A stretch of 64,000 nt of DNA from a virus: the IMG/VR virus record IMGVR_UViG_3300027418_000370; one strand, written 5' to 3'. A program made the translations under genes and the position numbers. Below are positions 55,551 through 64,000 of this stretch, piece after piece; the stretch's first letter is position 1, and the number at the start of each line of letters is the position of its first letter. Under the pieces are notes generated by a model. It was not told the DNA's origin. It searched no databases and was given only the letters and a program-made list of their open reading frames with translations.

Positions 55551-56996
55551 ATGAACAGTAAATTAAGTTACGTTAAAAAAGAAGATCGAAAGAAGATCCT
55601 TCTGTTATCAGATGATATGAGACTACACTCCGGCATCGCTACGATGTCCAGAGAGATAGTAATACAAACCTCACATCACTTCAACTGGGTTAACCTAGGA
55701 GGAGCAATGAACCATCCAGATGATAAGAAAGCATTTGACCTATCGGCAGATGTTAACAAACAAGTAGGTATCGAAGACTCGTACGTTAAGCTATATGCTA
55801 CGTCAGGCTACGGTACTGCTGATATTGTTAGGGAACTTATTAGAGTAGAGAAGCCAGATGCTATTCTACACTTTACTGATCCTAGATACTGGACTTGGTT
55901 GTACGATATTGAAAGAGAGATTAGACAGACTATTCCTCTTCTCTATCTAAACATTTGGGATGATTATCCTACTCCTCTTTACAATAAGAGCTTCTACGAG
56001 TGTTGTGATCTACTGATGGGAATCTCTAAGCAGACTGTTAACATTAACAGAATGGTATTAGATGAGAAAGGGAAAGGTAAAGTTATTAAGTATGTACCTC
56101 ACGGCATCAACACAGACTTCTTCTCACCAGTCACAAAAGACTCTGACCAGTATGCTAAGTACTTAGAGTTTAGAAATAGTATCTTTGAAGGAAGAGATAT
56201 TGAATTCGTTGTCTTCTGGAACTCTAGAAACATCCGACGTAAGTCACCAGGTGATGTAATTCTATCCTACAGACAGTTCTGTGATCAGATCGGACCAGAG
56301 AAAGCTAAGAAGTGTGCACTAGTAATGCATACACAAGCAGTAGATCAGAATGGTACAGACCTATATGCTGTTAGGGAAGCTATCTGTGACCCAAGCTATG
56401 TAAATGTATTCTTCTCTCAGAACAAGCTAGGAGCAGAGCAGATGAACTGGCTCTACAATATGGCTGATGTTACGATGTTGATCTCTTCTAATGAAGGATG
56501 GGGCTTATCTCTAACTGAATCAATGACTGCCGGTACTATGATCATCGGTAACGTTACCGGAGGTATGCAAGACCAAATGAGGTTTGTAGATGAAGCAGGA
56601 GAATGGTATACACCAAACCCATCAGTACCTTCTAATCATATGGGCACTTATAAAGAGCATGGTGAGTGGGCAGTACCTGTATTCCCTTCTAACATCTCAT
56701 TAGTAGGCTCAGTACCTACTCCATACATTCACGATGACAGATGTGACTTCAGAGATGTAGCTAATGCTATTCAAGAAGTATACGAGTTACCTAAAGAAGA
56801 AAGAGATCGTAGAGGTATGCTAGGTCATGACTGGGTACGTTCAGATGAAGCTAAGATGACAGCTGACGCTATGGGAGCTAATATCGCTCAATGTATCGAA
56901 GAGACGTTTGAAAGCTTTGTACCACGTACTACGTACGACCTTATTAAGGTAGAGACTCTACCAGCAAGATATGTTAAACACGCAATGGTATACTAA
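55551..56996 (+). CDS. GT-B (GT4-like) glycosyltransferase
   Basis: VPHGIN, RNIRRK, SSNEGWGLSLTESM. Confidence 0.85.
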   Translation: MNSKLSYVKKEDRKKILLLSDDMRLHSGIATMSREIVIQTSHHFNWVNLGGAMNHPDDKKAFDLSADVNKQVGIEDSYVKLYATSGYGTADIVRELIRVEKPDAILHFTDPRYWTWLYDIEREIRQTIPLLYLNIWDDYPTPLYNKSFYECCDLLMGISKQTVNINRMVLDEKGKGKVIKYVPHGINTDFFSPVTKDSDQYAKYLEFRNSIFEGRDIEFVVFWNSRNIRRKSPGDVILSYRQFCDQIGPEKAKKCALVMHTQAVDQNGTDLYAVREAICDPSYVNVFFSQNKLGAEQMNWLYNMADVTMLISSNEGWGLSLTESMTAGTMIIGNVTGGMQDQMRFVDEAGEWYTPNPSVPSNHMGTYKEHGEWAVPVFPSNISLVGSVPTPYIHDDRCDFRDVANAIQEVYELPKEERDRRGMLGHDWVRSDEAKMTADAMGANIAQCIEETFESFVPRTTYDLIKVETLPARYVKHAMVY

Positions 56997-58258
56997 TGAG
57001 TAAGATAAATGTTACAATAAGCTGTCCGATTGATACGTACAGCGGTTATGGAGCAAGAAGCAGAGACTTAGTTAAAGCTCTTTTAAAGACAGGTAAGTAC
57101 GATGTAAAGATTCTAAGCCAGCGCTGGGGTAATACTCGCTTCGGTTACTTAAAGGATCATAACGAAGTAGAGCTACTATCACTCGTTATACCTAACCTTA
57201 CATCAAAGCCTCAAGTATGGATACAGGTAACTGTACCTAATGAATTCCAGCCTGTAGGTGAATATAACATCGGAGTTACTGCTGGCATTGAGACTACGAT
57301 CTGTGACCCTAGCTGGATTGAAGGACTGAATAGAATGAATCTTAATCTAGTCTCTTCTAATCATGCTAAGGAGACCTTTCAACGCTCTAAGTTTAATGTA
57401 GAAGAAGCTGGCAAAGTAAAAGGTACAGTAGAGTTGCAGAAGCCTATTGAGGTACTGCTTGAAGGAGCAGACTTAGAAAAGTACTTTGTTACTCCTTCTA
57501 ACTTTAACCTATCTGGTGTCGAAGAAGACTTTGCTTTCTTATTTGTAGGACATTGGTTGCAAGGAGACTTTGCACAAGACAGAAAGAATGTTGGCTATAT
57601 GATCAAAGCCTTCTTAGAAGTATTTAAGAATAAAAAGAAACAACCAGCTCTTATTCTAAAGACTCAATCAGCTAACGCTTCCATCTTAGACAGAGATCAG
57701 ATCTTAAAAAAGATAGATGAGATTAGAAGTACTGTTAGCGGTACTCTACCAAACATCTACGTACTTCATGGAGAGATGTCTGATCAAGAAGTTAACGAAC
57801 TATACAACCACAAGAAGGTAAAAGCTATGGTTAGCTTTACTAAGGGTGAAGGCTTTGGACGTCCTCTATTAGAGTTCAGTCTGGTTAACAAACCTATCAT
57901 TGCCACAGGATGGTCAGGACATATTGACTTCTTAGATGGAGAATTTACTACTCTAGTAGGAGGTTCATTAACGAATGTACACCCAAGTGCCGTAGTTAAG
58001 AATATGATCTTGGCAGAGTCACAATGGTTTACTCCTGCAGATAGTGAAGCAGGATTAGCTCTACGTAACGTATTCGAAGACTATAAGAAGTATTCAGAGC
58101 TAGCTAAACGTCAAGGGTATAAGTCACGTAATAACTTTAGCTTTGATAATATGGTAGAGCAATTAGATTCAATTCTATCAAAGAGTCTCCCGGCATTTGC
58201 TCAACAGGTAGAGTTAAAACTACCAACACTTTCACTTCCTAAACTACAAAAGATTTAA
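56996..58258 (+). CDS. GT-B (GT4-like) glycosyltransferase
   Basis: SGYG, DRKNVG, GEGFGRPLLEF, TGWSGHIDF. Confidence 0.85.
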   Translation: MSKINVTISCPIDTYSGYGARSRDLVKALLKTGKYDVKILSQRWGNTRFGYLKDHNEVELLSLVIPNLTSKPQVWIQVTVPNEFQPVGEYNIGVTAGIETTICDPSWIEGLNRMNLNLVSSNHAKETFQRSKFNVEEAGKVKGTVELQKPIEVLLEGADLEKYFVTPSNFNLSGVEEDFAFLFVGHWLQGDFAQDRKNVGYMIKAFLEVFKNKKKQPALILKTQSANASILDRDQILKKIDEIRSTVSGTLPNIYVLHGEMSDQEVNELYNHKKVKAMVSFTKGEGFGRPLLEFSLVNKPIIATGWSGHIDFLDGEFTTLVGGSLTNVHPSAVVKNMILAESQWFTPADSEAGLALRNVFEDYKKYSELAKRQGYKSRNNFSFDNMVEQLDSILSKSLPAFAQQVELKLPTLSLPKLQKI

Positions 58259-58259
58259 A

Positions 58260-58697
58260 ATGGAACAGTTAACTATTTGTAAGCGCTGTGGATCGAATGC
58301 CTGCTACGAACAGCAGGTAAGTGAAGAGGTTAAAACTTGGCTCTGTATGGGCTGTGGCTTTACTACCTCAACAGTAATGACTGAAGGCTCGGAGCCTATT
58401 AAAGCTATCTTAGAATCATCTCCTGAATTGTATAAAGATCTTATGCATACAGATGCCGATGGGTGTATCTGGGTACCTTCTACAATTACTTTACCTAATA
58501 GGGGCATGGTATTTCTAGATGGAACATCAGCAACAGATTGGAAATGGGCAGCAGTTAAAGCAGTACCGCTTCAAGAAGGCGATAAGAAGTTAAGTGAGAA
58601 CCAAACTCATAGAATGGATATGCAGAACGTACAGCATTTTGCTGAACGAGACTTTATGGATGCTCTAGAGGTAATTGGCTTTTTCGAATTGTTATGA
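58260..58697 (+). CDS. Zinc-ribbon hypothetical protein
   Basis: CKRC...CMGC. Confidence 0.55.
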   Translation: MEQLTICKRCGSNACYEQQVSEEVKTWLCMGCGFTTSTVMTEGSEPIKAILESSPELYKDLMHTDADGCIWVPSTITLPNRGMVFLDGTSATDWKWAAVKAVPLQEGDKKLSENQTHRMDMQNVQHFAERDFMDALEVIGFFELL

Positions 58698-59317
58698 AAC
58701 TAAGCTACGCCATTACTGTCTGTAATGAACTAGAAGAAATTAAAAGGCTAGTACCTTTCCTGAAGGAACATAAACGTCCTGAGGATGAAGTCGTTGTACT
58801 CTTTGATCAGAAGAACGGCGATAAAGAAGTTATCGACTACCTAGTAGAGTTTAACAAGTACCCTAACATTCAAACCTGGCGAGGGTTCTTTGATAATGAT
58901 TTTGCTGCTTGGAAGAATAGACTTAACGGCTACTGTACAGGTGACTTTATCTTCCAGATTGATGCTGATGAGATGCCTACAGAGTATATGATGAAGATAC
59001 TTCCTCAGATTATTGAAGCTAATGATGTAGATCTAATTAGAGTACCTCGAATCAATACTGTAGAAGGACTAACAGAAGCTCATATTCAGAAATGGGGCTG
59101 GCAGGTTAACGAACAAGGCTGGGTTAATTATCCTGACTATCAATGGCGTATCTATAGAAACGATCCTAGAATTAGATGGTGGGGTACTGTGCATGAGAAG
59201 ATTCATGGACATGCTAACTTTGCTCACCTGCCAATGGAAGAGACAGAACTAGCACTAAGACATGCAAAGGCAATTGAGAGACAAGAGAAACAAAATAACT
59301 ACTACGATACTTTATAA
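58694..59317 (+). CDS. GT2 glycosyltransferase
   Basis: SYAITVCNE, IFQIDADE, PDYQWR, VHE. Confidence 0.85.
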   Translation: MKLSYAITVCNELEEIKRLVPFLKEHKRPEDEVVVLFDQKNGDKEVIDYLVEFNKYPNIQTWRGFFDNDFAAWKNRLNGYCTGDFIFQIDADEMPTEYMMKILPQIIEANDVDLIRVPRINTVEGLTEAHIQKWGWQVNEQGWVNYPDYQWRIYRNDPRIRWWGTVHEKIHGHANFAHLPMEETELALRHAKAIERQEKQNNYYDTL

Positions 59318-59736
59318 TGGAAAAGATTTATTCAAAAGTAGATCCTAATAAGCTTCTACACATCATTGTACGTAAAGAAGATCTAACACCAGGACGTGTA
59401 GAGGTTGTACCAGAAGATCATTTTATCCAATGTGCACTTCTTAATATGGAAGAAGGTAAGACCTTTAGGCCACATAGGCATATCTGGAAAGAGCGTACCC
59501 GTAATGTGATTGCTCAAGAGAGCTGGATAGTAGTACAGGGGAGTGTACGTTGTACCTTCTTTGATATAGATGATGAAGTAATTGCTGAACCTATCTTATA
59601 CCCAGGTGATGCTTCCTTTACTTTAGAAGGAGGACATACCTATACAATCCTAGAAGACAATACTCTAGTATACGAATACAAGACAGGTCCTTACGAAGGT
59701 CAGGCATTAGATAAAACATTCTTAGATGGACAATAG
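59317..59736 (+). CDS. Cupin-fold protein (WbuC/sugar isomerase-like)
   Basis: PHRH...QE...GGHT...EYKTGPY. Confidence 0.7.
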   Translation: MEKIYSKVDPNKLLHIIVRKEDLTPGRVEVVPEDHFIQCALLNMEEGKTFRPHRHIWKERTRNVIAQESWIVVQGSVRCTFFDIDDEVIAEPILYPGDASFTLEGGHTYTILEDNTLVYEYKTGPYEGQALDKTFLDGQ

Positions 59737-60487
59737 GTTTGTTATCATCACTACATGTTACAATGTAGAGCCGTACATTAGGATGAATATTCATATGAAT
59801 AGATTCCAATCGTATAAAAATGCTCTCTTTATTTACGTTGATGATAATTCAAAAGATACTACTTATAGTACCTTAACTCATTTAGGCTTTGCTGATGATC
59901 GCTTCCTGGTCATTAAAAATAAAGATAACGGAAGTCAAGGTAAGGCATTTATGTATGCATTGAACTACTTAGAGAGTAATAACCTGATACAGGATGAAGA
60001 CATTATTGTCGAAGTAGATGGAGATGATTGGCTCTCAAGTAGCTTTGTACTTCAATACCTAAATGAAGTATACCAGAACGAACACATTTGGATGACCTTT
60101 GGACAATACCAGATGTGGCCTACAGCTCAGTTAGGAGGTCACTTCCAGGCAGATATACATCCAGAAGTAGATAAGCAGAACCTACATCGTCAATATGATT
60201 TTCCTTACTCACACCTAAAGACTTATAAGTACTGGCTACTTAATAAGATAGAGAGGGAAGACCTAATTGATCCTGCTACAGGAGAGATCTTTGCAGCAGC
60301 ATGGGATCATGCTCTATGCTTACCGATGGTAGAGATGGCTGGCAAGGACCATATCTTTAGATGTCCAGAAGTACTCTATGTACTTAATCGAGACCAAGAG
60401 CTACAAAATGAAGGAAAGCTTAGGACAGCTGAGCAGAAGCAAACAGAACAGAGAATTAGAGAAGGAAAAGTATACCAGAGGTTATGA
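59726..60487 (+). CDS. GT2 glycosyltransferase
   Basis: TTCYN, YVDDNSKD, VDGDDWL. Confidence 0.85.
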   Translation: MDNRFVIITTCYNVEPYIRMNIHMNRFQSYKNALFIYVDDNSKDTTYSTLTHLGFADDRFLVIKNKDNGSQGKAFMYALNYLESNNLIQDEDIIVEVDGDDWLSSSFVLQYLNEVYQNEHIWMTFGQYQMWPTAQLGGHFQADIHPEVDKQNLHRQYDFPYSHLKTYKYWLLNKIEREDLIDPATGEIFAAAWDHALCLPMVEMAGKDHIFRCPEVLYVLNRDQELQNEGKLRTAEQKQTEQRIREGKVYQRL

Positions 60488-61923
60488 TAGTATTTGTTGT
60501 TGGTTTATATAAATCAGGTACATCTTTAATAGCTTCTATGCTAGAGGAGATAGGCTGTGAGAGTATTGTCGATAGGGTAGCTACAACTAAAGGACTTACC
60601 AGAGAGTATGACATTAAAGAGTCTTACTTTGTTAATCAACTAAACAATAAGATACTAGCCACCTACTCTAATGCAGAGATCTATTTTAAGAATGAAGACC
60701 TTCCGGAAGTTATTGATGAGGCTTTCACTACACTCATTAGGGATTTCTTAGCACAGCTTAAAGGCAGAACAGTCTTTATCAAAGACCCTCGCTTTATTGG
60801 CACATTAAAGTATTGGATAGATAATATACCAGAAGGAGAGCAGTATAAGATTGTCTATGTAGATAGGGAAGATGGATTAGAAAGCTCCTTTAGAATCGAT
60901 AAATGGTTCAACAATAAGATAGTAGATGGCGATTACAGAAGAGCAATAGACTCTCTAAAGAGCAACTACTATCAAACCAGAAGCCAATTTAAAGGAATAG
61001 AGATTGACTTTGATACTCAGAAAAAGGATCAAGTAAAACTAGGTCACCTACTGTATAATTTTATCACTCAGGACTTTGATACAACTTACAAAGTTTACTT
61101 TCATAACTACTTCCTACCTTCCAAAGAACTAACTGAACTGTTTAGTAAACAGACACCAGGTAGTAGTGGAGTATGGAAGAACCTTATTGCTGTAGATGAT
61201 ATCAATCAAGCTGACTATGAAGTAGCTCAAGATAGAACAGACGGAAAGTATCATGCAAGTAAATTAATCTTCTTTGGAAGAGAGCCAAGACATATATACT
61301 TCCATGATATACCTCAAGCAGCATATAACTTTCATCACGAGAAAGGAAACAGCCATATGCCTCAGACCTGGTGGGTGAATCGAACCTATGATGAGATACT
61401 CTCTAATACGTCTACAGATAAGCCTCACCTACTAAGCATTATTGACTCCGGTAAGTTAGGAGTAAGCGGACATAATAAGAGAGTTGAAGTAGTTGATAAG
61501 CTTCACACTTCCAGTATTGATTTACATATCTACGGAAAGACTACTCGCTATACAGATGAGAAGTATTTAGGAGAGCTTCCAGCTAGAGATAAGACAGATG
61601 GATTAATTCCTTATCGATTTAATTTAGCTATTGAGAACGGACAAACAGACTTATACTTCTCAGAGAAGTTCTGCGACCCTGTACTATGTAATACGTTTCC
61701 TATCTATGTAGGATGTAAACAGATCGATAGATTCTTTCCTAAAGGAAGTTACTTCACAATTGATCTAGACAAAGATGTAATCGCTCAAGTAAGAGACATT
61801 ACAAGCATCCCAGTAGAGCAGTTAGACTACTCAGCTTTATTTGAAGCAAAGGATTTGATACTAAACAAATATAACATCTGGGATACTATCCACAGAGTCA
61901 TTCATACAGGTAAGACATTATGA
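60484..61923 (+). CDS. Sulfotransferase-like + GT10 (alpha-1,3-fucosyltransferase-like) fusion
   Basis: N-terminal GLYKSGTS...IKDPR; C-terminal YRFNLAIEN...YFSEKF...PIYVG. Confidence 0.7.
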   Translation: MIVFVVGLYKSGTSLIASMLEEIGCESIVDRVATTKGLTREYDIKESYFVNQLNNKILATYSNAEIYFKNEDLPEVIDEAFTTLIRDFLAQLKGRTVFIKDPRFIGTLKYWIDNIPEGEQYKIVYVDREDGLESSFRIDKWFNNKIVDGDYRRAIDSLKSNYYQTRSQFKGIEIDFDTQKKDQVKLGHLLYNFITQDFDTTYKVYFHNYFLPSKELTELFSKQTPGSSGVWKNLIAVDDINQADYEVAQDRTDGKYHASKLIFFGREPRHIYFHDIPQAAYNFHHEKGNSHMPQTWWVNRTYDEILSNTSTDKPHLLSIIDSGKLGVSGHNKRVEVVDKLHTSSIDLHIYGKTTRYTDEKYLGELPARDKTDGLIPYRFNLAIENGQTDLYFSEKFCDPVLCNTFPIYVGCKQIDRFFPKGSYFTIDLDKDVIAQVRDITSIPVEQLDYSALFEAKDLILNKYNIWDTIHRVIHTGKTL

Positions 61924-62804
61924 AGTATATTCAGTCAGCACCTATACACTTCACAGACCCAGACGCAGGTCGAAGTAGCTCAGGACATAAGTTCCATAAT
62001 TGGATTACAGGACTATACCTCAGTAAGTTATTTGACTTAGAGTACGTGTACAGTCCTTTTACAGAAGATGCAGAGAGGTATGAAGCATTCCTAAACCTAC
62101 ATACTGCTTATCGTTCAACTGATCAGATTAGTAACACATCAGTTGTTGAGTTAGGTACTCCTGAGCTATGCCATAACGATGAACTAGATCACATACACTA
62201 CTATCAAAGTATAGAACGTATAAGAGAAGTAATAGAGAGTAGTTCAGATGAAACATTATTTAAGTTAGGGCATAATCCATTTCCTGGATTACTTACTCAG
62301 TACTACTCTAAGGTAGTAGAAGAGCTTCAGCAAGCATACTGGAGCTTGGATAGAGGTATTGACTTGAAGTACGATAGCAGTAAAGTATCTATCGCTATTC
62401 ATATTCGTAGAGGAGATATTAATGCAAGTAAGAACCCAGACCGATGGTTGGATCTAGATTACTACGCCGGCATTATCGATAAGTTTAACTCAGAGCTAGG
62501 ATTGGAACTATTAGACATTCATATCTTCTCTGAAGGACAGCCTGAAGATTTTAAAGTACTTGTAAGAGAGAATGTAACACTACAGCTTGGAGGCTCTGAT
62601 CTAGAAGCATTTCACCATATGTGTGCTGCAGATATACTCATCACAGGTCAGAGTAGCTTCTCTATAATGGCAAGCTATTTTAACAGAGGTACAATCATCT
62701 GTACGCCTTTGAAGAACCTCATGTACAAGTGGGAAGATGCTCAACGGATGCATATTGATAGAATAGATTTTAATTCTTTAAGAAGAAGTTTCAATGTTAG
62801 ATAA
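61920..62804 (+). CDS. GT11/GT23-like fucosyltransferase
   Basis: IAIHIRRGD, IFSE, SSFS motifs. Confidence 0.7.
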   Translation: MKYIQSAPIHFTDPDAGRSSSGHKFHNWITGLYLSKLFDLEYVYSPFTEDAERYEAFLNLHTAYRSTDQISNTSVVELGTPELCHNDELDHIHYYQSIERIREVIESSSDETLFKLGHNPFPGLLTQYYSKVVEELQQAYWSLDRGIDLKYDSSKVSIAIHIRRGDINASKNPDRWLDLDYYAGIIDKFNSELGLELLDIHIFSEGQPEDFKVLVRENVTLQLGGSDLEAFHHMCAADILITGQSSFSIMASYFNRGTIICTPLKNLMYKWEDAQRMHIDRIDFNSLRRSFNVR

Positions 62805-63327
62805 GAGTTTTGTATTAGATTACTTCCCTCCACAAAGCAGAGGAGTAGAGATTGGAGTATGGAAAGGAGAGTTCTCTAAAACTATTAACAGTAAAATCTC
62901 TCCAGCAGTACTCTACTTATGTGACCCTTGGCTGTTTACACCTCAGCATCCAGATAGATGGTACGGAGGAACTCAAGCTACCTCACAGGAAGATATGGAT
63001 GGCATCTACAACGATGTAGTAGGAATGTTTAGGAGCAGTCCAAATGTACAGGTGATAAGAGACCTTAGCACAAACTTACTAAGTCATATTGAACCTAATA
63101 GCTTAGATTGGACATACATAGATGGTGACCATAGTTACGAAGCTGTGCTAGAAGATCTTAATATGAGCTACCAGTTAGTTAAATCAGGAGGGTACATAAC
63201 CGGAGATGATTTTGATAACGGTAACGATATTCATCGAGCGTTAGATCAGTTCGTGAATGAACATAAAGACCAAATTAAATCAGGTTTAGTACAAAATAGA
63301 CAATTCATTTTAAAAATAGAGAAATAA
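62794..63327 (+). CDS. Class I SAM-dependent methyltransferase (Methyltransf_24-like)
   Basis: VEIGVWKG, YIDGDHSY, GGYITGDD. Confidence 0.85.
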   Translation: MLDKSFVLDYFPPQSRGVEIGVWKGEFSKTINSKISPAVLYLCDPWLFTPQHPDRWYGGTQATSQEDMDGIYNDVVGMFRSSPNVQVIRDLSTNLLSHIEPNSLDWTYIDGDHSYEAVLEDLNMSYQLVKSGGYITGDDFDNGNDIHRALDQFVNEHKDQIKSGLVQNRQFILKIEK

Positions 63328-63866
63328 TGTTAAAGTTAAATTTAGGTTGCGGCTGGAGAGACTTTGGACCTGATTGGGTTCATATTGATGGAGGAGATTA
63401 TCCTCATCTTAATTCTAAAGACATTGTTAACCTCCCGTATGAAGACAACTCCGTAGACCTTATCTACGCTAGTCACGTTCTTGAGTACTTTGATAGAGAA
63501 GAAGCTAAAGAGCTTCTAACCAAATGGCATAGTAAACTAAAACCAGGAGGTGTAATTAGATTAGCTGTACCTAACTTTGAGGCAATGGTTAAGCTATACC
63601 TTGAAAAAGGATATCCACTATCCAAGTTCTTAGGACCTCTGTACGGAAAGATGCCTATGGGTGAACAAACAATCTACCATAAGACAACTTATGACTTCCA
63701 GGAGTTGGAATCCTTATTAAAAGTTCTTACATTTAGTAATATAGAAACGTACGACTGGGAAGATACAGAGCATGCTCTATTCGATGATCACTCTCAGGCA
63801 TACATTCCTCATATGGATAAAGTAAACGGAACACTAATCAGTTTAAACATACAAGCTACAAAATGA
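63327..63866 (+). CDS. Class I SAM-dependent methyltransferase
   Basis: LNLGCG, IYASHVLEY, LKPGG...AVP. Confidence 0.85.
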   Translation: MLKLNLGCGWRDFGPDWVHIDGGDYPHLNSKDIVNLPYEDNSVDLIYASHVLEYFDREEAKELLTKWHSKLKPGGVIRLAVPNFEAMVKLYLEKGYPLSKFLGPLYGKMPMGEQTIYHKTTYDFQELESLLKVLTFSNIETYDWEDTEHALFDDHSQAYIPHMDKVNGTLISLNIQATK

Positions 63867-64000
63867 GCTTTGAAGTAGTAACACAGTTTGAGAATAAGGT
63901 AGCAGAGTTCTTCGGTGCACCTTATGCTATCGCTGTTGATAGCTGTACCCATGGTATTGAATTAGCTCTCCGTTATACAGAGGTTGATCATATTAGAGTA
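63863..64000 (+). CDS. DegT/DnrJ/EryC1 sugar aminotransferase (3'-truncated)
   Basis: MSFEVVTQFENKVAEFFGAPYAIAVDSCTHGIELAL read from ATG 63863. Confidence 0.75.
   Translation, partial: MSFEVVTQFENKVAEFFGAPYAIAVDSCTHGIELALRYTEVDHIRV

Noticed and set aside
229-59809. Many short alternative-frame and minus-strand ORFs in the track (e.g. 229-570, 15802-16176, 45175-45552, 49664-49990)
   Set aside because: They lie within longer + strand genes with recognisable motifs and are shadow ORFs of codon bias.
1-64000. Stop-codon reassignment
   Set aside because: Conserved genes are full length in code 11, and no suppressor tRNA is present.

Overview
A 64-kb segment of a large lytic dsDNA tailed phage, probably a myovirus. 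The host is very likely an aquatic Bacteroidota (Flavobacteriales-like), judged from Bacteroidota-type promoters, a T9SS C-terminal domain, a Bacteroidota-type TonB receptor and a boxA site. Almost all genes are on the + strand in genetic code 11. Gene order: tail/baseplate genes (1-7.6 kb); a replication module with a short PolA-like protein, SSB, RecA, flap exonuclease, helicase and RNR (7.6-16.6 kb); small accessory ORFs (16.6-22 kb); a complete 7-deazaguanine DNA-modification region (queC, queD, queE, folE, queF, a DpdA-like transglycosylase and a PurN-like DpdN formyltransferase, plus HPRT, MazG-like and kinase genes and a second, full-length PolA; 22-35.4 kb); Hsp20/GroES/GroEL; seven tRNAs interleaved with structured spacers; a TonB-dependent receptor; a cohesin/dockerin/T9SS + CsgG + Gly-rich beta-barrel cassette; lysis genes; and a glycosyltransferase/methyltransferase cluster running off the end. 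The most striking unannotated signals are two near-identical preQ1-I riboswitch-like aptamers (22857-22886 and 28248-28277) placed between promoters and start codons inside the deazaguanine region, and the T9SS/CsgG surface cassette. All assignments come from reading motifs by eye; no database searches were run.
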